Assembly (NCBI GenBank): GCA_963810095.1
Contig: CAWEMM010000014.1
Coordinates: 264,099-328,098, forward strand
Length of the DNA: 64,000 nucleotides
Reading direction: 5' to 3'
Source of the DNA: an uncultured Chloroflexia bacterium
GTDB lineage: Bacteria; Chloroflexota; Anaerolineae; CG2-30-64-16
Shown here: piece after piece, positions 21,681 to 31,532 of the stretch
Layout of the letters: every line of letters starts with the position of its first letter
Position numbering within the stretch: the first letter of the stretch is position 1
Notes under the pieces: generated by a model
What the model was told of the DNA's origin: nothing
Databases searched by the model: none
Seen by the model: the letters and a program-made list of their open reading frames with translations, nothing else
Position numbers and translations under genes: made by a program

Positions 21681-21838
21681 CTGATTCTGACGGGTCGCAT
21701 CCTTCGACTGCGGCACGCCAGCTGCGCTGGCGCCTCCGCTCAGGATGCTACAGGCGCAGGCAGCCTGAGCGGAGGGCGGTCCGCAGGAGCGCCCGCAGTC
21801 GAAGGGTGCCGAGCGTCATGGTTCAACAGATTCACTGT
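21681..21838. repeat. REP/MITE-like element (two inverted CATCCTTCGACT...CGCTCAGGATG units)
   Basis: Flanks and arms near-identical to the copy at 44758-44917. Confidence 0.75.
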
Positions 21839-21867
21839 GGTTGTACTTAGCGCCGGCGGGGCAAAAT

Positions 21868-21968
21868 GGGAAGCAGATTCAACTGATGCAACTGATTGAC
21901 ATGATCTTCGCTTAAGCGGACTGCCAAACGATCAGGGTGATCCTGCCAATCAGTTCAATCAGCGTCCC
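21868..21968. repeat. Palindromic element with 9-nt periodic arms
   Basis: GCAGATTCAACTGATGCAACTGAT ... ATCAGTTCAATCAGCGTCCC; related to 39672-39756. Confidence 0.6.
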
Positions 21969-22159
21969 ACCGGCGGGCGGGCGTCCGTCTCAATGGTCGC
22001 TTCAATCGCGCGCCGGATTCCCTGTGCGCGCTCCTTCGTCTCCCGCGCGCGCTCCAGGTACGCGTCGGCCACCCCATTCTGCCCGTGCTCGGCCAGGTGA
22101 TGGCCCATGTGTTCAAGCAGGCTGGCGTTTTCCTCCATCCCGCGCATCGATGCCGTCAC
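21959..22159 (-). CDS. Small helical protein (66 aa) resembling the C-terminal tail of stand-alone CheB proteins
   Basis: GAGGAGG RBS before GTG; MRGMEENASLLEHMG...YLERARE. Confidence 0.5.
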   Translation of the reverse strand: MTASMRGMEENASLLEHMGHHLAEHGQNGVADAYLERARETKERAQGIRRAIEATIETDARPPVGR

Positions 22160-22173
22160 GGCGTCGCCTCCTC

Positions 22174-24215
22174 TCAGTTGACCCCGCCCGCAGGCAACTT
22201 CGACGCGCTCGCTGCGGGCGGCATCACTGGTATCCGCGCCCGCACCACGGCGCCCTCGCCCGGCGCGTCTACGACTTCGACGCTGCCCGCGCAGGCCGCG
22301 GCCCGTTCGCGCATGGACCTTAGCCCCATCGTCATCATCCCCTCGGCCTCGGGCGCAAAGCCTCTGCCATTGTCGCGCACTTCCATGTGCAGCGCGTCGT
22401 CCGCGCGGTCCAACTGCAACCACAGCTCGGTCGCGCCCGCGTGGCGCACCACGTTCTGCAGCGCCTCGCGCGCGATGCCGTACATCGCCTCCTTCGCCTC
22501 GATCGCAGCCTCCGGCTCGTTGCCGATGACCGCATGGATCCGAATGTCGTTGCGGGCCGCAATGGCGTCCAGTTGATGGCGCAGCGCCAGCACCAACCCA
22601 TCGCGGCGGATGCCCTCGGCCTGCAGGTCGAAGATGAGCGTCTTCATCTCGGTCAGCCCCGCGCCCGCCAATTCGACGATGTGGTCGATCCTGTGCCCCA
22701 CGAGCGCCTGCCCGGGGGCAAGCTGCGCCTTCGCCGAGTGCGAGGCGAGCCCGATGCTGTAAAAGGTCTGCGCAACGGAGTCGTGTAGCTCGCGTGCCAG
22801 CCGCTGCCGCTCTTCGACCGCGGCCACACGCTGCACCTGGCTGAAGAGCCGCGCGTTAACGACCGCCGTCGCAGCCTGGCTGGCGAGCGTCAGCACCAGG
22901 TCCACATGCTCCTGGGCGAAATGCCCCGGCTCCCTATGATCGAGCCGCAGCACCCCGACCGGCTGGCCTTGCGCCAGCATGGGCGCGGCCAGCCAGGAGC
23001 GCGACGCCCCCAGCAGGTAGCGTTGGAAGCTCCCCGCGCGCTTGTGCCATTCCCGTGTCAGCGGCGTGTTGGCGTTCATGTCTGCGATGATGAGGGGCGC
23101 CTTGCTCTGAATCACCATCTTGAGCAGGGGCGATTCGTCGAGGGTGGCCTGTGACTGGACAAGCTCCTTCCGGTCGGGGGGACCGTCATACGCGGCCAGC
23201 GTGAGCACCTTGCCGTCGAGGAGGAAGATGCCGCACCCGTGGTATTCGACGATCCGCGCCAGCTCTCGCACGATGATCGACAGCACCTCGCCAATATCGA
23301 GCGTGGAGCCGAGCTCGCGCGCGACGACCAACAGCGCGGCGAGCGCGGCTGTGCGCTCGGCCACCCGGTGCTCCAGCCATTCCTCGCGCTCGCGCAGCCC
23401 GGCCTCGGCCTCGCGGCGACGGCCGATCTCTTCGACCAGCAGGCGGTTGCTCTCTGCCAACTGCTTGGTGCGGCGCTCGACCTGCTCCTCCAACTCCTCG
23501 TTCACCCGCTGCAGCGTGAGCTCCGCGCGCTTCTGGGTGTCGATGTTGTTGATTGCGACCTGCCAGACGAGTGCGCCCTCCGTCAGGTCGTGCCGCGTAA
23601 TGACTTCGAGCCGGGCCCAAAACGGCCGGCCGGCCGGGTCCTGGCCCTGCGCTGGCTGCAGGACGAACTCCGCGCTCTCGCTCAGGCCCGCGACGACGAG
23701 ACGCCGCCGCATGGCCTGATAACGGGCCAAGTCTTCGCGGCCGACGAAGGCGCTCAGGGGCCTGCCAGGCAGCAGGTGACGCTGGACGCCGAGGAGGTGC
23801 GCAGCGACCACGTTCGCGCGCGTGATGATGCCATTGAGGTTGACCGAGAGGTAGCCGACGGGGGCATGTTCGTACAGGTCCGCATAGCGCTCGAAGCTGC
23901 CTGCCAGGTCCACCTGGGCGCGGCGCAGCTCCTCGTTCTGCATTTCCAGCTCGATCTGGTGCACGTGCAGCTCGTGGAGGAGCTGCTTGGCCTCCAGCTC
24001 GCTCATCGCACCGGCCGCGGCGTCCTCCCGTGCGAGCACGGCCTCGGCCCGCTCGCGCAGCGGCGGCGGTGCGAGTGCCCTCCGCCACTCGCGAGCGTGG
24101 CGCGGCCGCCTAAGTGAGCGTCGGCCGGCGGCTTTTCTTCGGGTGCAAACCGGGCCTCATCGCCCCGATCGGGCTGCTCCGGTTCTTCCGGCTGTCCTTC
24201 CAGATGCTTCCCCAT
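22174..24215 (-). CDS. PAS/GAF sensor histidine kinase (HisKA_3, NarX-like); 5' end probably frameshifted
   Basis: HELHVHQIELEMQNEEL coil, PAS, GAF, ERQRLARELHDSV H-box, EALQNVVRHA, DNGRGF. Confidence 0.88.
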
Positions 24216-24265
24216 TACGCCTCACTCCCCCTCACGCCCATTCCAACGAATTGGTATCCACCGGT

Positions 24266-27200
24266 CTATGCCCGGACCGGATGCACCACCATGAAAATTC
24301 TGCCGTCGCCGTCGCCTTCAGTGCGGCGCAACCGCACCTTCGCTGCAACTGCGCCCTTGTCCTTTAGACACAGTTCCAGGTCGAGCTGCGGGCTGTCGCC
24401 CCGGGCGGCCGCTTCGAGCGCCGCGCGGAGCCGCTCGTACGACCCGTCCTGCACCAACTCGGAAAGCCTTAACGACTGCAGTTCTTCGGCAGTATAGCCA
24501 AACAGCGCCAGCGCGTCCCCGTTGGCGTCGGTGACCCGCCCATTCGAATGGACGACGATGGCCGGGTCGAACAGGCTCTCCACGCGCATGCGTCGTGCCT
24601 CGTCGAGCGCGGCCTGCATCTGCTTCTGCGCAGTGATGTCGACAAACGTCAGCACCGCGCCCTCGATGACGTTGTCCAGCGTGCGGTATGGCTGCAGGCG
24701 CATCAGGTACCACTTGCCGTTGATCGCCTGGACCTCGCGTTCTTTCGGGATCAGCGTGTCGAGCACGGCGCCGATGTCGCGCATCAAGTCCGGGTAGTTT
24801 GCCAGGTTGGAAACGATATGCGCGGCGGGCCGGCCGATGTCGGTTTGGATCAAATTGATGATGTCCGTCGCGGCGGGCGTGAACCGCTGGATGCGCAGCG
24901 TGTGGTCCACGAAAACCGTGCCGATGCCGGTCCCCGCGAGGAGGTTGTTCAGGTCGTTGTTGAGCCGGGACAACTCCTCGATTTTCTTCTGCAGCTCGAC
25001 GTTGACGGTCATCAGCTCTTCGTTGACCGACTGGAGCTCCTCTTTAGAAGTCTCGAGCTCTTCGTTGGTCGACTGCAATTCCTCGTTGGCCGACTGCAAT
25101 TCCTCGTTGCTCGAGGTGAGTTCCTCGTTCGAGGTTTGCAGCTCTTCGACCGTGGCCTGCAGGGATTCTTCCTTCGTGCGCAGCTCGCGTTCGAGCGCGT
25201 GAATGCGCTGGTCTTTATCGCCCACCGGCTGCCCCTGTTGCGGAGCACCCTCGGCCCCGGCAGGGGCGTGTTCTTCGGTTCGCACAGGCTGGAAGACGAC
25301 CAGGTACAGCCCCTCGCGCGGCGCTTCGGTAAGCGGGCGCACGACGAGGTTGGTGATCTGCACCTCGCCGTTCACTGCGACCCGCAGGTCGCGGTGGATC
25401 ACCTTCTCCTGGGTCTGTTTCGCCTTGCGCAGGGCCGCGTTCAGGTCGAGCCGGATGCCCTCGCGCGCCATGCGCAGGATGTTCAGGCTCGCATCGCCCG
25501 GCGCGGGCTCCAGGTAGTAGCCTGTGCGGCCGTGGATGTAGATCACTTCACCTTCGGCGTTGACCACGACCGCGGGCGGCGCGTGCTGGGCCAACAGCAC
25601 CTGTTCGATCACCTGCCGCATGTCCATCCGTTCTTCGCGTATGTCCCGTACAGGCCGCCGGGCGGGCATGTCGGCCAGCAGGGACGGGCGCGAGAAATCC
25701 ACAAGGGCGCGCCGAGGCAAGCCGCCGGCTTTGCCGCGTGTAGAGCTTGTGCTTCCGATCTGTGGTGGCGAACAGGTCTGTGAACTCGCCGATGCTCTCG
25801 GAGGTGCCCAGAAGCAGGTAACCGTTCGGGTTCAGGGCGTAGTGGAACAGGGGCAAGACCCGGCGTTGCAGGTCCGCGTTCATGTAGATCAGGACGTTGC
25901 GGCACGACACCAGGTCCATACGCGAGAAAGGCGGGTCCTCGGCCACGTTTTGCGCCGCAAAGACGACCATGTCGCGCACGACCTTTTTGAGCCGGAACGA
26001 ACCGCCATCGGCCACGAAAAAGCGCGACAGCCGCTCCTCGCTCACATCCGCCGCGATGCTGCTCGGGTATATGGACGTGCGCGCCAGGTCGAGCGCTTCC
26101 GCGTCGATGTCGGTGGCGAAGATCTGCACGGTCACCGCGGACCGGGTGTGGAGGCATGTGCTCCTGCAGCAGAATGGCGATGGAATACGCTTCTTCGCCC
26201 GTGGAACACCCCGGCACCCACACCCGCACCGTCTCGCCCATCTGCTTCTCGGCAAACAAGGCCGGTATGACGGTCTTTTCCAGCAGCGCAAACACCTCCG
26301 GGTCGCGGAAGAAGTTGGTAACGCCGATGAGCAGCTCCCGGAAGAGGATGACGACCTCTTCCGGGGTTTGCTGGAGGTAGGCGACGTAGGCCTCCAGGTT
26401 TTCGAACCGGTTGACGACCATGCGCCGGTCGATGCGCCGCACGATCGTGTTGCGCTTGTAGCGGGAGAAATCGTGGCCGGTCTGGGCGCGCAGCAGGCTG
26501 AAGAGCTTGCGGAGCGGTTCCGTGGACGTGCGCTGTCTCGGTCTCGCGGACATGCGGCAGCGAGGGCCGGCCCGACATCCGTTGCACATAGTCGGCGATG
26601 CGGTCGGCCATCTCCTGCGGCGGCAGCACGTAATCGGCGAGGCCGGTTTCGATTGCGCTGCGCGGCATACCGTCGTATTGCGCAGTCTCGGGCTGCTGCA
26701 CCACGACGAGGCCGTTGGCCTCTTTGACCGCCTTCAGGCCCAACGTCCCGTCGCTCCCCGTGCCCGACAGGATGACGACTACCCCGCGCTCGTTGCACTC
26801 GCTGCGCCATGGAGCGGAACAGGTAGTCGATGGGCAAGCGGGGCCTGCCGGGGTTCTCCGGCTCAATCGGGTTCAGCATCCCGTTTGCCAGGCCAATGTC
26901 GGCGTTCGGGGGGATGACGTAGACGTTGCCGGGTTTCACGCGTGTCGGGCCGACGACCTCTTGCACCGGCATGCTTGTGTACCGGCTGATCAGTTCGGTT
27001 AGCATGCTCTCGCGGTTCGGCGCGAGGTGCTGCACGACGACGAACGCGAGCAATTCGGCTGCGTAGTGGGGCACGCCGGCAAAGAACTGCTCGATCGCGG
27101 CCAGTCCGCCCGCCGATGCTCCGATCCCGACGACAGGACAGGTCAGGTCCGCCCGCCGTTCGCCGCCGGCCCACAGGCCGGCGGCCCCAGCCGCGCTCTC

Positions 27201-27300
27201 CGCTGGACGCCCCATCTGCCTGTTTATCCTCTACGCCGGGCACGGCCTGCTCTTGCGGGCCGTTTTCGGGGCTACCGCCCGATCTCAGTTCATCGTCCAT
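24266..27300 (-). CDS. CheB-CheR-PAS fusion protein (several frameshifts)
   Basis: GIGASAGG and ILSGTGSDG (CheB); WVPGCSTGEEAYS, IFATDID, SCRNVLIY (CheR); NEELQS heptad coil; PAS. Confidence 0.88.
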
Positions 27301-27341
27301 GACGGTACTTTCTTTTCACAGCGACCCGACATTTTGCTAAG

Positions 27342-27989
27342 TCAAGTAGGGACGCAGTTCAGCCGGCACGAGGCCCTGCCGGGTGGCGTAGAGCACCGCG
27401 AGGGCCCGGCCGGCAGGCTGAGTCGCTGCATCAGCGCCTCGAGCCGTCTGTCGACCTCATCCGGAGCCAGCGACATTTGCGCCGCGATCTCATCCGTCGA
27501 GTGCTCGCGGGCCAGCAGCGACAGGAGCTGCCGGTCTTCCTGGCTCAGGCCGTCCCCGCCGCCGTCCGGCGTGGGGACATCGCGCATGAGCCGCCCCGCG
27601 CTGTCGGGTGCAAAGCGCACCCGGCCCTCGGCCGCCGCCAGAACGGCCTGGCGCAGGTCGTCGGGCCGGGTGTCTTTCAAGACATACCCGATCGCGCCCG
27701 CCTCGATCGCCCGGTGTACCCCGCCTTCCTCCACGACGCTCGTCATGGCCACGATGTGAGCGCGGGGCAGTGCGCGGCGCAGCTGCCGGGTGGCCTCGAC
27801 GCCGTCCATGGCCGGCATGAGCAGGTCCATCAATATGACGTCGGGACGCAGGTCTTGTGCGAGCTCGAGGGCTTCCTCGCCGTTGCGCGCCTCGCCGACG
27901 ATGGTTACTTCGGGGTCGCTGTCGAAGAACATCTCCAGCCCTTGCCGGACCATGCTGTGGTCATCCGCCACCAGGACTCGAATGGGCAT
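27342..27989 (-). CDS. NarL/FixJ-family response regulator
   Basis: VADDH, DVILMDL.MP, GYVLK; degenerate C-terminal HTH. Confidence 0.85.
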   Translation of the reverse strand: MPIRVLVADDHSMVRQGLEMFFDSDPEVTIVGEARNGEEALELAQDLRPDVILMDLLMPAMDGVEATRQLRRALPRAHIVAMTSVVEEGGVHRAIEAGAIGYVLKDTRPDDLRQAVLAAAEGRVRFAPDSAGRLMRDVPTPDGGGDGLSQEDRQLLSLLAREHSTDEIAAQMSLAPDEVDRRLEALMQRLSLPAGPSRCSTPPGRASCRLNCVPT

Positions 27990-28181
27990 AGAAAATCCTC
28001 CGGCCGCGTGAATACGCCTGTAGCAGCGTTTACTTGATTATATCCCATCCGGAGGGCGAATTCAATATGCTTATTGAGGGAGATAGGGGAGTGGTATCAA
28101 AAAGTGTTGAACCAGATCGGCCGAGCTTTGACGCCGATAGGCTTTGGGTGGGGGGCCGGCCGCCCCCAACCGAGGTTGCTG

Positions 28182-28880
28182 CTAGATATGACTGCCGCCC
28201 GCCTCTACCCAGGCGTCCGCAGTCTGAGGGTCATCTTCCAACCGCATGTGCGACATGGATGCTTCGAGCGCGACCACCCGGGCGGTCAGGTGGCGCATCA
28301 GCTCGTTGTTCGGGTCGGGCAGGCGGTCGTGGTGCAGGTCGATGCGCTCCGGCTCCGGATCGTCCCCGTTGCGGCTCTTGATCCGCCCGGGCACGCCCAC
28401 CACCACAGAATGGGCCGGCACGTCCTTCACCACCACCGAGTTCGCGCCGATGCGGCTGTGTGCGCCGACGAGGATGGGGCCGAGCACCTGCGCGCCTGCG
28501 CCAACCACGACGTGGTCCTCCAGCGTCGGGTGCCGCTTGACCTTCTCCCAGCTCACGCCGCCGAGCGTCACGTTGTGGTACAACGTCACGTCGTCGCCGA
28601 TTTCGGCCGTCTCGCCGATCACCGTGCCCATGCCGTGGTCGATGAATAAGCCCCGCCCGATCTGCGCGCCGGGATGGATTTCGATTCCGGTAAAGAAACG
28701 CGAGATGTTGCTCACCAGCCGCGCCAGCCACTTGAACCCGTTCGTCCACAGCGCGTGCGCGACCCGATGCGCCCACAGTGCGTGCAGCCCGGGGTACAGA
28801 AACAAGACCTCCCAAACCGTTCGTGCGGCCGGGTCCCGGTCAAAGACCACCTGAATATCGCGGCGAAGTGTTCCCAACAT
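28182..28880 (-). CDS. cysE: Serine O-acetyltransferase
   Basis: [26 protein letters not shown] hexapeptide repeats. Confidence 0.96.
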   Translation of the reverse strand: MLGTLRRDIQVVFDRDPAARTVWEVLFLYPGLHALWAHRVAHALWTNGFKWLARLVSNISRFFTGIEIHPGAQIGRGLFIDHGMGTVIGETAEIGDDVTLYHNVTLGGVSWEKVKRHPTLEDHVVVGAGAQVLGPILVGAHSRIGANSVVVKDVPAHSVVVGVPGRIKSRNGDDPEPERIDLHHDRLPDPNNELMRHLTARVVALEASMSHMRLEDDPQTADAWVEAGGSHI

Positions 28881-28904
28881 CTTCTCGCTCTCCTATGCAC
28901 GGAT

Positions 28905-28974
28905 TAACACAAGGGCACAAAGACACAAAGAAAAGCTCGTCGATAAATCTCTGTGTCTTCGTGTCTTTGTGTTA
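28905..28974. repeat. Palindromic element with 9-nt periodic arms (CACAAAGAC / GTCTTTGTG)
   Basis: Inverted arms visible; related to 31445-31532 and 13328-13404. Confidence 0.7.
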
Positions 28975-28979
28975 GCTCG

Positions 28980-29942
28980 TCACCCTTCCAGGTCCGCAAA
29001 CAGCACCGTGCTCAAGTACCGCTCGCCGTTCGAGGGCACGATGACCACGATGCGCTTGCCGGCATTTTCCGGCCGCCGTGCGATCTGCACGGCCGCGTGA
29101 ACCGCCGCGCCCGAGCTGATGCCGACCAGCAGCCCCTCTTCCCGCGGCAGCCGGCGGGCCATCGTCAGCGCCTCGTCGTTCGTCACCTTGACGATCTCGT
29201 CGATCAGCCCCGTGTCGAGCACTGCAGGCACGAACCCCGCGCCGATGCCCTGGATCTTGTGCGGGCCGGGCTGGCCGCCCGACAGGACCGCCGAGTCCGT
29301 CGGCTCGACGGCCACGATCTTGACGTCTGGCCGGCGCTCCTTGAGCACCCGGCCGACGCCCGTCAGGGTGCCGCCCGTGCCGACGCCCGAGACGAAAATG
29401 TCGACCTGCCCGCCCGTGTCCCGCCAGATCTCCTCGGCCGTCGTGCGCTCATGGACGGCCGGGTTCGCCGGGTTTTCGAACTGCTGCGGGATGAAATAGT
29501 GTTCGTCGTCCGAGGCCAATTCGTATGCCTTGCGGATCGCACCCTTCATGCCCTCGGCCGCCGGAGTCAGGATCAACTGCGCGCCGTACGCCCGCAGGAG
29601 CTTGCGGCGCTCGAGGCTGGCGCTTTCGGGCATGATCAGCACGCACTTGTAGCCCTTGGCCGCCGCGACCATGGCGAGGCCGATGCCGGTATTCCCACTC
29701 GTCGGCTCCAGGATCACCGTGTCGGGTCCCATCTTGCCGGCCGCCTCGGCCGCCTCGATCATGCTGAGGCCGATGCGGTCCTTCACGCTGCCGCCCGGGT
29801 TCTGGTACTCCAGCTTGGCCAGCACTTCCGCGCCTGCATCCCGGGTCACCCGGTGCAGCCGCACCAGCGGCGTGTTGCCGATCAGCTCCGTCACGTCGTC
29901 CGCGATCCGGGGTGAAACCTTGTCGATCGTAGTCATCCTCAT
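28980..29942 (-). CDS. cysK: Cysteine synthase A
   Basis: NPGGSVKDR (PLP Lys), [22 protein letters not shown]. Confidence 0.97.
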   Translation of the reverse strand: MRMTTIDKVSPRIADDVTELIGNTPLVRLHRVTRDAGAEVLAKLEYQNPGGSVKDRIGLSMIEAAEAAGKMGPDTVILEPTSGNTGIGLAMVAAAKGYKCVLIMPESASLERRKLLRAYGAQLILTPAAEGMKGAIRKAYELASDDEHYFIPQQFENPANPAVHERTTAEEIWRDTGGQVDIFVSGVGTGGTLTGVGRVLKERRPDVKIVAVEPTDSAVLSGGQPGPHKIQGIGAGFVPAVLDTGLIDEIVKVTNDEALTMARRLPREEGLLVGISSGAAVHAAVQIARRPENAGKRIVVIVPSNGERYLSTVLFADLEG

Positions 29943-30004
29943 ACTCCTGCAATCTGTCTATCCTGTTTGAGAGGCCGCATTGGCCTCGGCGGGTTACCGA
30001 ACAC

Positions 30005-30043
30005 AAAAAAGACTCATCCGGGCCGTGCGCCCTGCGATGAGTC
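30005..30043 (-). terminator. Intrinsic terminator/attenuator upstream of cysK
   Basis: Minus strand GACTCATC-loop-GATGAGTC followed by TTTTTT. Confidence 0.7.
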
Positions 30044-30319
30044 TCATCCCTCTGGGGGAAGCGGCCAGGCGAGGGAATGCCTCATCCTGCCGCTGCAGTT
30101 ATTTCAGTCAGGCCGGGCGCTCCGCCGCACTTCGGCACGCCACCCGTCCGCCAACTGATCCCGAGTCCATCGCAGTACACGCGCTGGTCTAGCGGGAGCG
30201 AGTGCACCTTGCCTGGCGGCAAGGTGTCAATCACTCCCGCCCAAGACACGAGCAAGCGCGTGCCTGTGAGCCCGGAAGTTGACGTACCATAATTTTCACA
30301 GCTTTACCTTACTAAAATC

Positions 30320-30348
30320 ATTCTACCGTACTGTGTGATGGAAGTCAA
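30320..30348 (-). promoter_or_regulatory. sigma70-type promoter for the cysK-cysE leader
   Basis: TTGACT-N17-TAGAAT, bracketed by the inverted repeat CCTTACT/AGTAAGG. Confidence 0.72.
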
Positions 30349-30368
30349 GTAAGGAATATCACGGCCCA

Positions 30369-30401
30369 GAAACCAGGTTTCTCCGAGAAACCCGGGTTTC
30401 T
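30369..30401. repeat. Short palindromic REP-like element
   Basis: GAAACCAGGTTTCTCCGAGAAACCCGGGTTTCT. Confidence 0.55.
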
Positions 30402-30783
30402 TCAGCCGGCGGCGATTCTGAATGCGCGCACGACCGGCCGGTCCGGGTCGGCCAGGCTGACGATGATGTACACGGCGTCATAGAACGCCAGCTTCACGTC
30501 GGTTTCCGAGGGGGTTTCGGGTCCTTGGGGGTGCGAGTGGTAGATGGCGGTCAATTCGAGCCCGCGGTCCTCGAATTCGATCTGGAGGGCCAGCGTCTCG
30601 TGGTCCAGCTCGTACGCCACCCGAGGGGTAGGCGAGATGTTCCGCCCCCGGTGCACGGCCACGGGCACACCCGCCCGGCCCGAGATCAGCCCGCACACCT
30701 CTTCCGGATAGCCCGTCCAGCGCGTGCGCGACGATCTCGGCCTCCAGTGCGGGCGAGAGCCGGAACGGGACTTCCTCTACCAT
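30402..30783 (-). CDS. JAMM/Mov34 (M67) metalloprotease, Mec-like (frameshift near 30715)
   Basis: E.CGL..., YHSHP...PSETD JAMM motif. Confidence 0.85.
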
Positions 30784-31419
30784 TCGGCCTCGTTGAGGAA
30801 CGGGTTTGTCCGCCGCTCGGCGCCCACCGTCGTGGCTTCGCCGTGCCCCGACAGGACCGCGTAGTCATCCGGCAGGCTGAGAATGTTCGTCCGGATGCTG
30901 GCGAGCAGCGTGGAGAGGTTGCCGCCCGGGAAGTCAGTGCGCCCGATGGAACCCGCAAAGAGCGCGTCGCCGGTGAAGGCCCGCCTGCCGGCGTGATCGA
31001 CCAGGGTCACGCTGCCCGGCGAGTGCCCCGGCGTGTGGCGCACCTCCAGCTGAAGACCGCCCGCGTCGATCACCTCGCCCGCCCTCAGGTAGGCCGACAC
31101 GGCCGGCGGTTCGCCCGGGTCATAGCCGAGCCATGCCTGGCAGGTCGCCTGCATGGCGGCGAGCAGGGGCACGTCGGCCTCGTGCATGGAAAACGGCGCG
31201 CCGGTCAGCTTCTGGAGGGCCCGGCAGGCCAGCAGGTGGTCGAAATGGGCGTGCGTCGCGAGGATGTGGACCACGTTGAGCTCGCTGCGCTTGAGCTGCG
31301 GCAAGGATCTGGGCCGCGTCGTCGCCGGGATCGATGACAATCGCGCTCCGTGACGCCTCGCTCCCCAGGATGTAGCAGTTCACTTGTAACATGCCGACCG
31401 GCAGGGTCTTCAAGATCAT
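30777..31419 (-). CDS. MBL-fold metallo-hydrolase (YcbL/glyoxalase II-like; frameshifted)
   Basis: NCY, IDPG, THAHFDH, TPGHSPG, TGDALF, GHG. Confidence 0.9.
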
Positions 31420-31444
31420 TCGCGCCTCTGTTTTCAATCGCTTC

Positions 31445-31532
31445 ACCACAAAGGCACCAAGACACGAAGGTACCAAGACACGAAGGTACAGGGAGGTCTT
31501 TGGGAGGCTTGGTGTCTTCGTGTCTTTGTGGT
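31445..31532. repeat. Palindromic element with 9-nt periodic arms
   Basis: ACCACAAAGGCACCAAGACACGAAG ... CTTGGTGTCTTCGTGTCTTTGTGGT. Confidence 0.72.

Noticed and set aside
25010-25150. 21-nt tandem repeats
   Set aside because: They encode the standard NEELQS heptad coil of CheB-CheR fusions.
29943-30300. SAM-I riboswitch or Cys T-box
   Set aside because: I could not locate their conserved motifs, so the leader is left unclassified.
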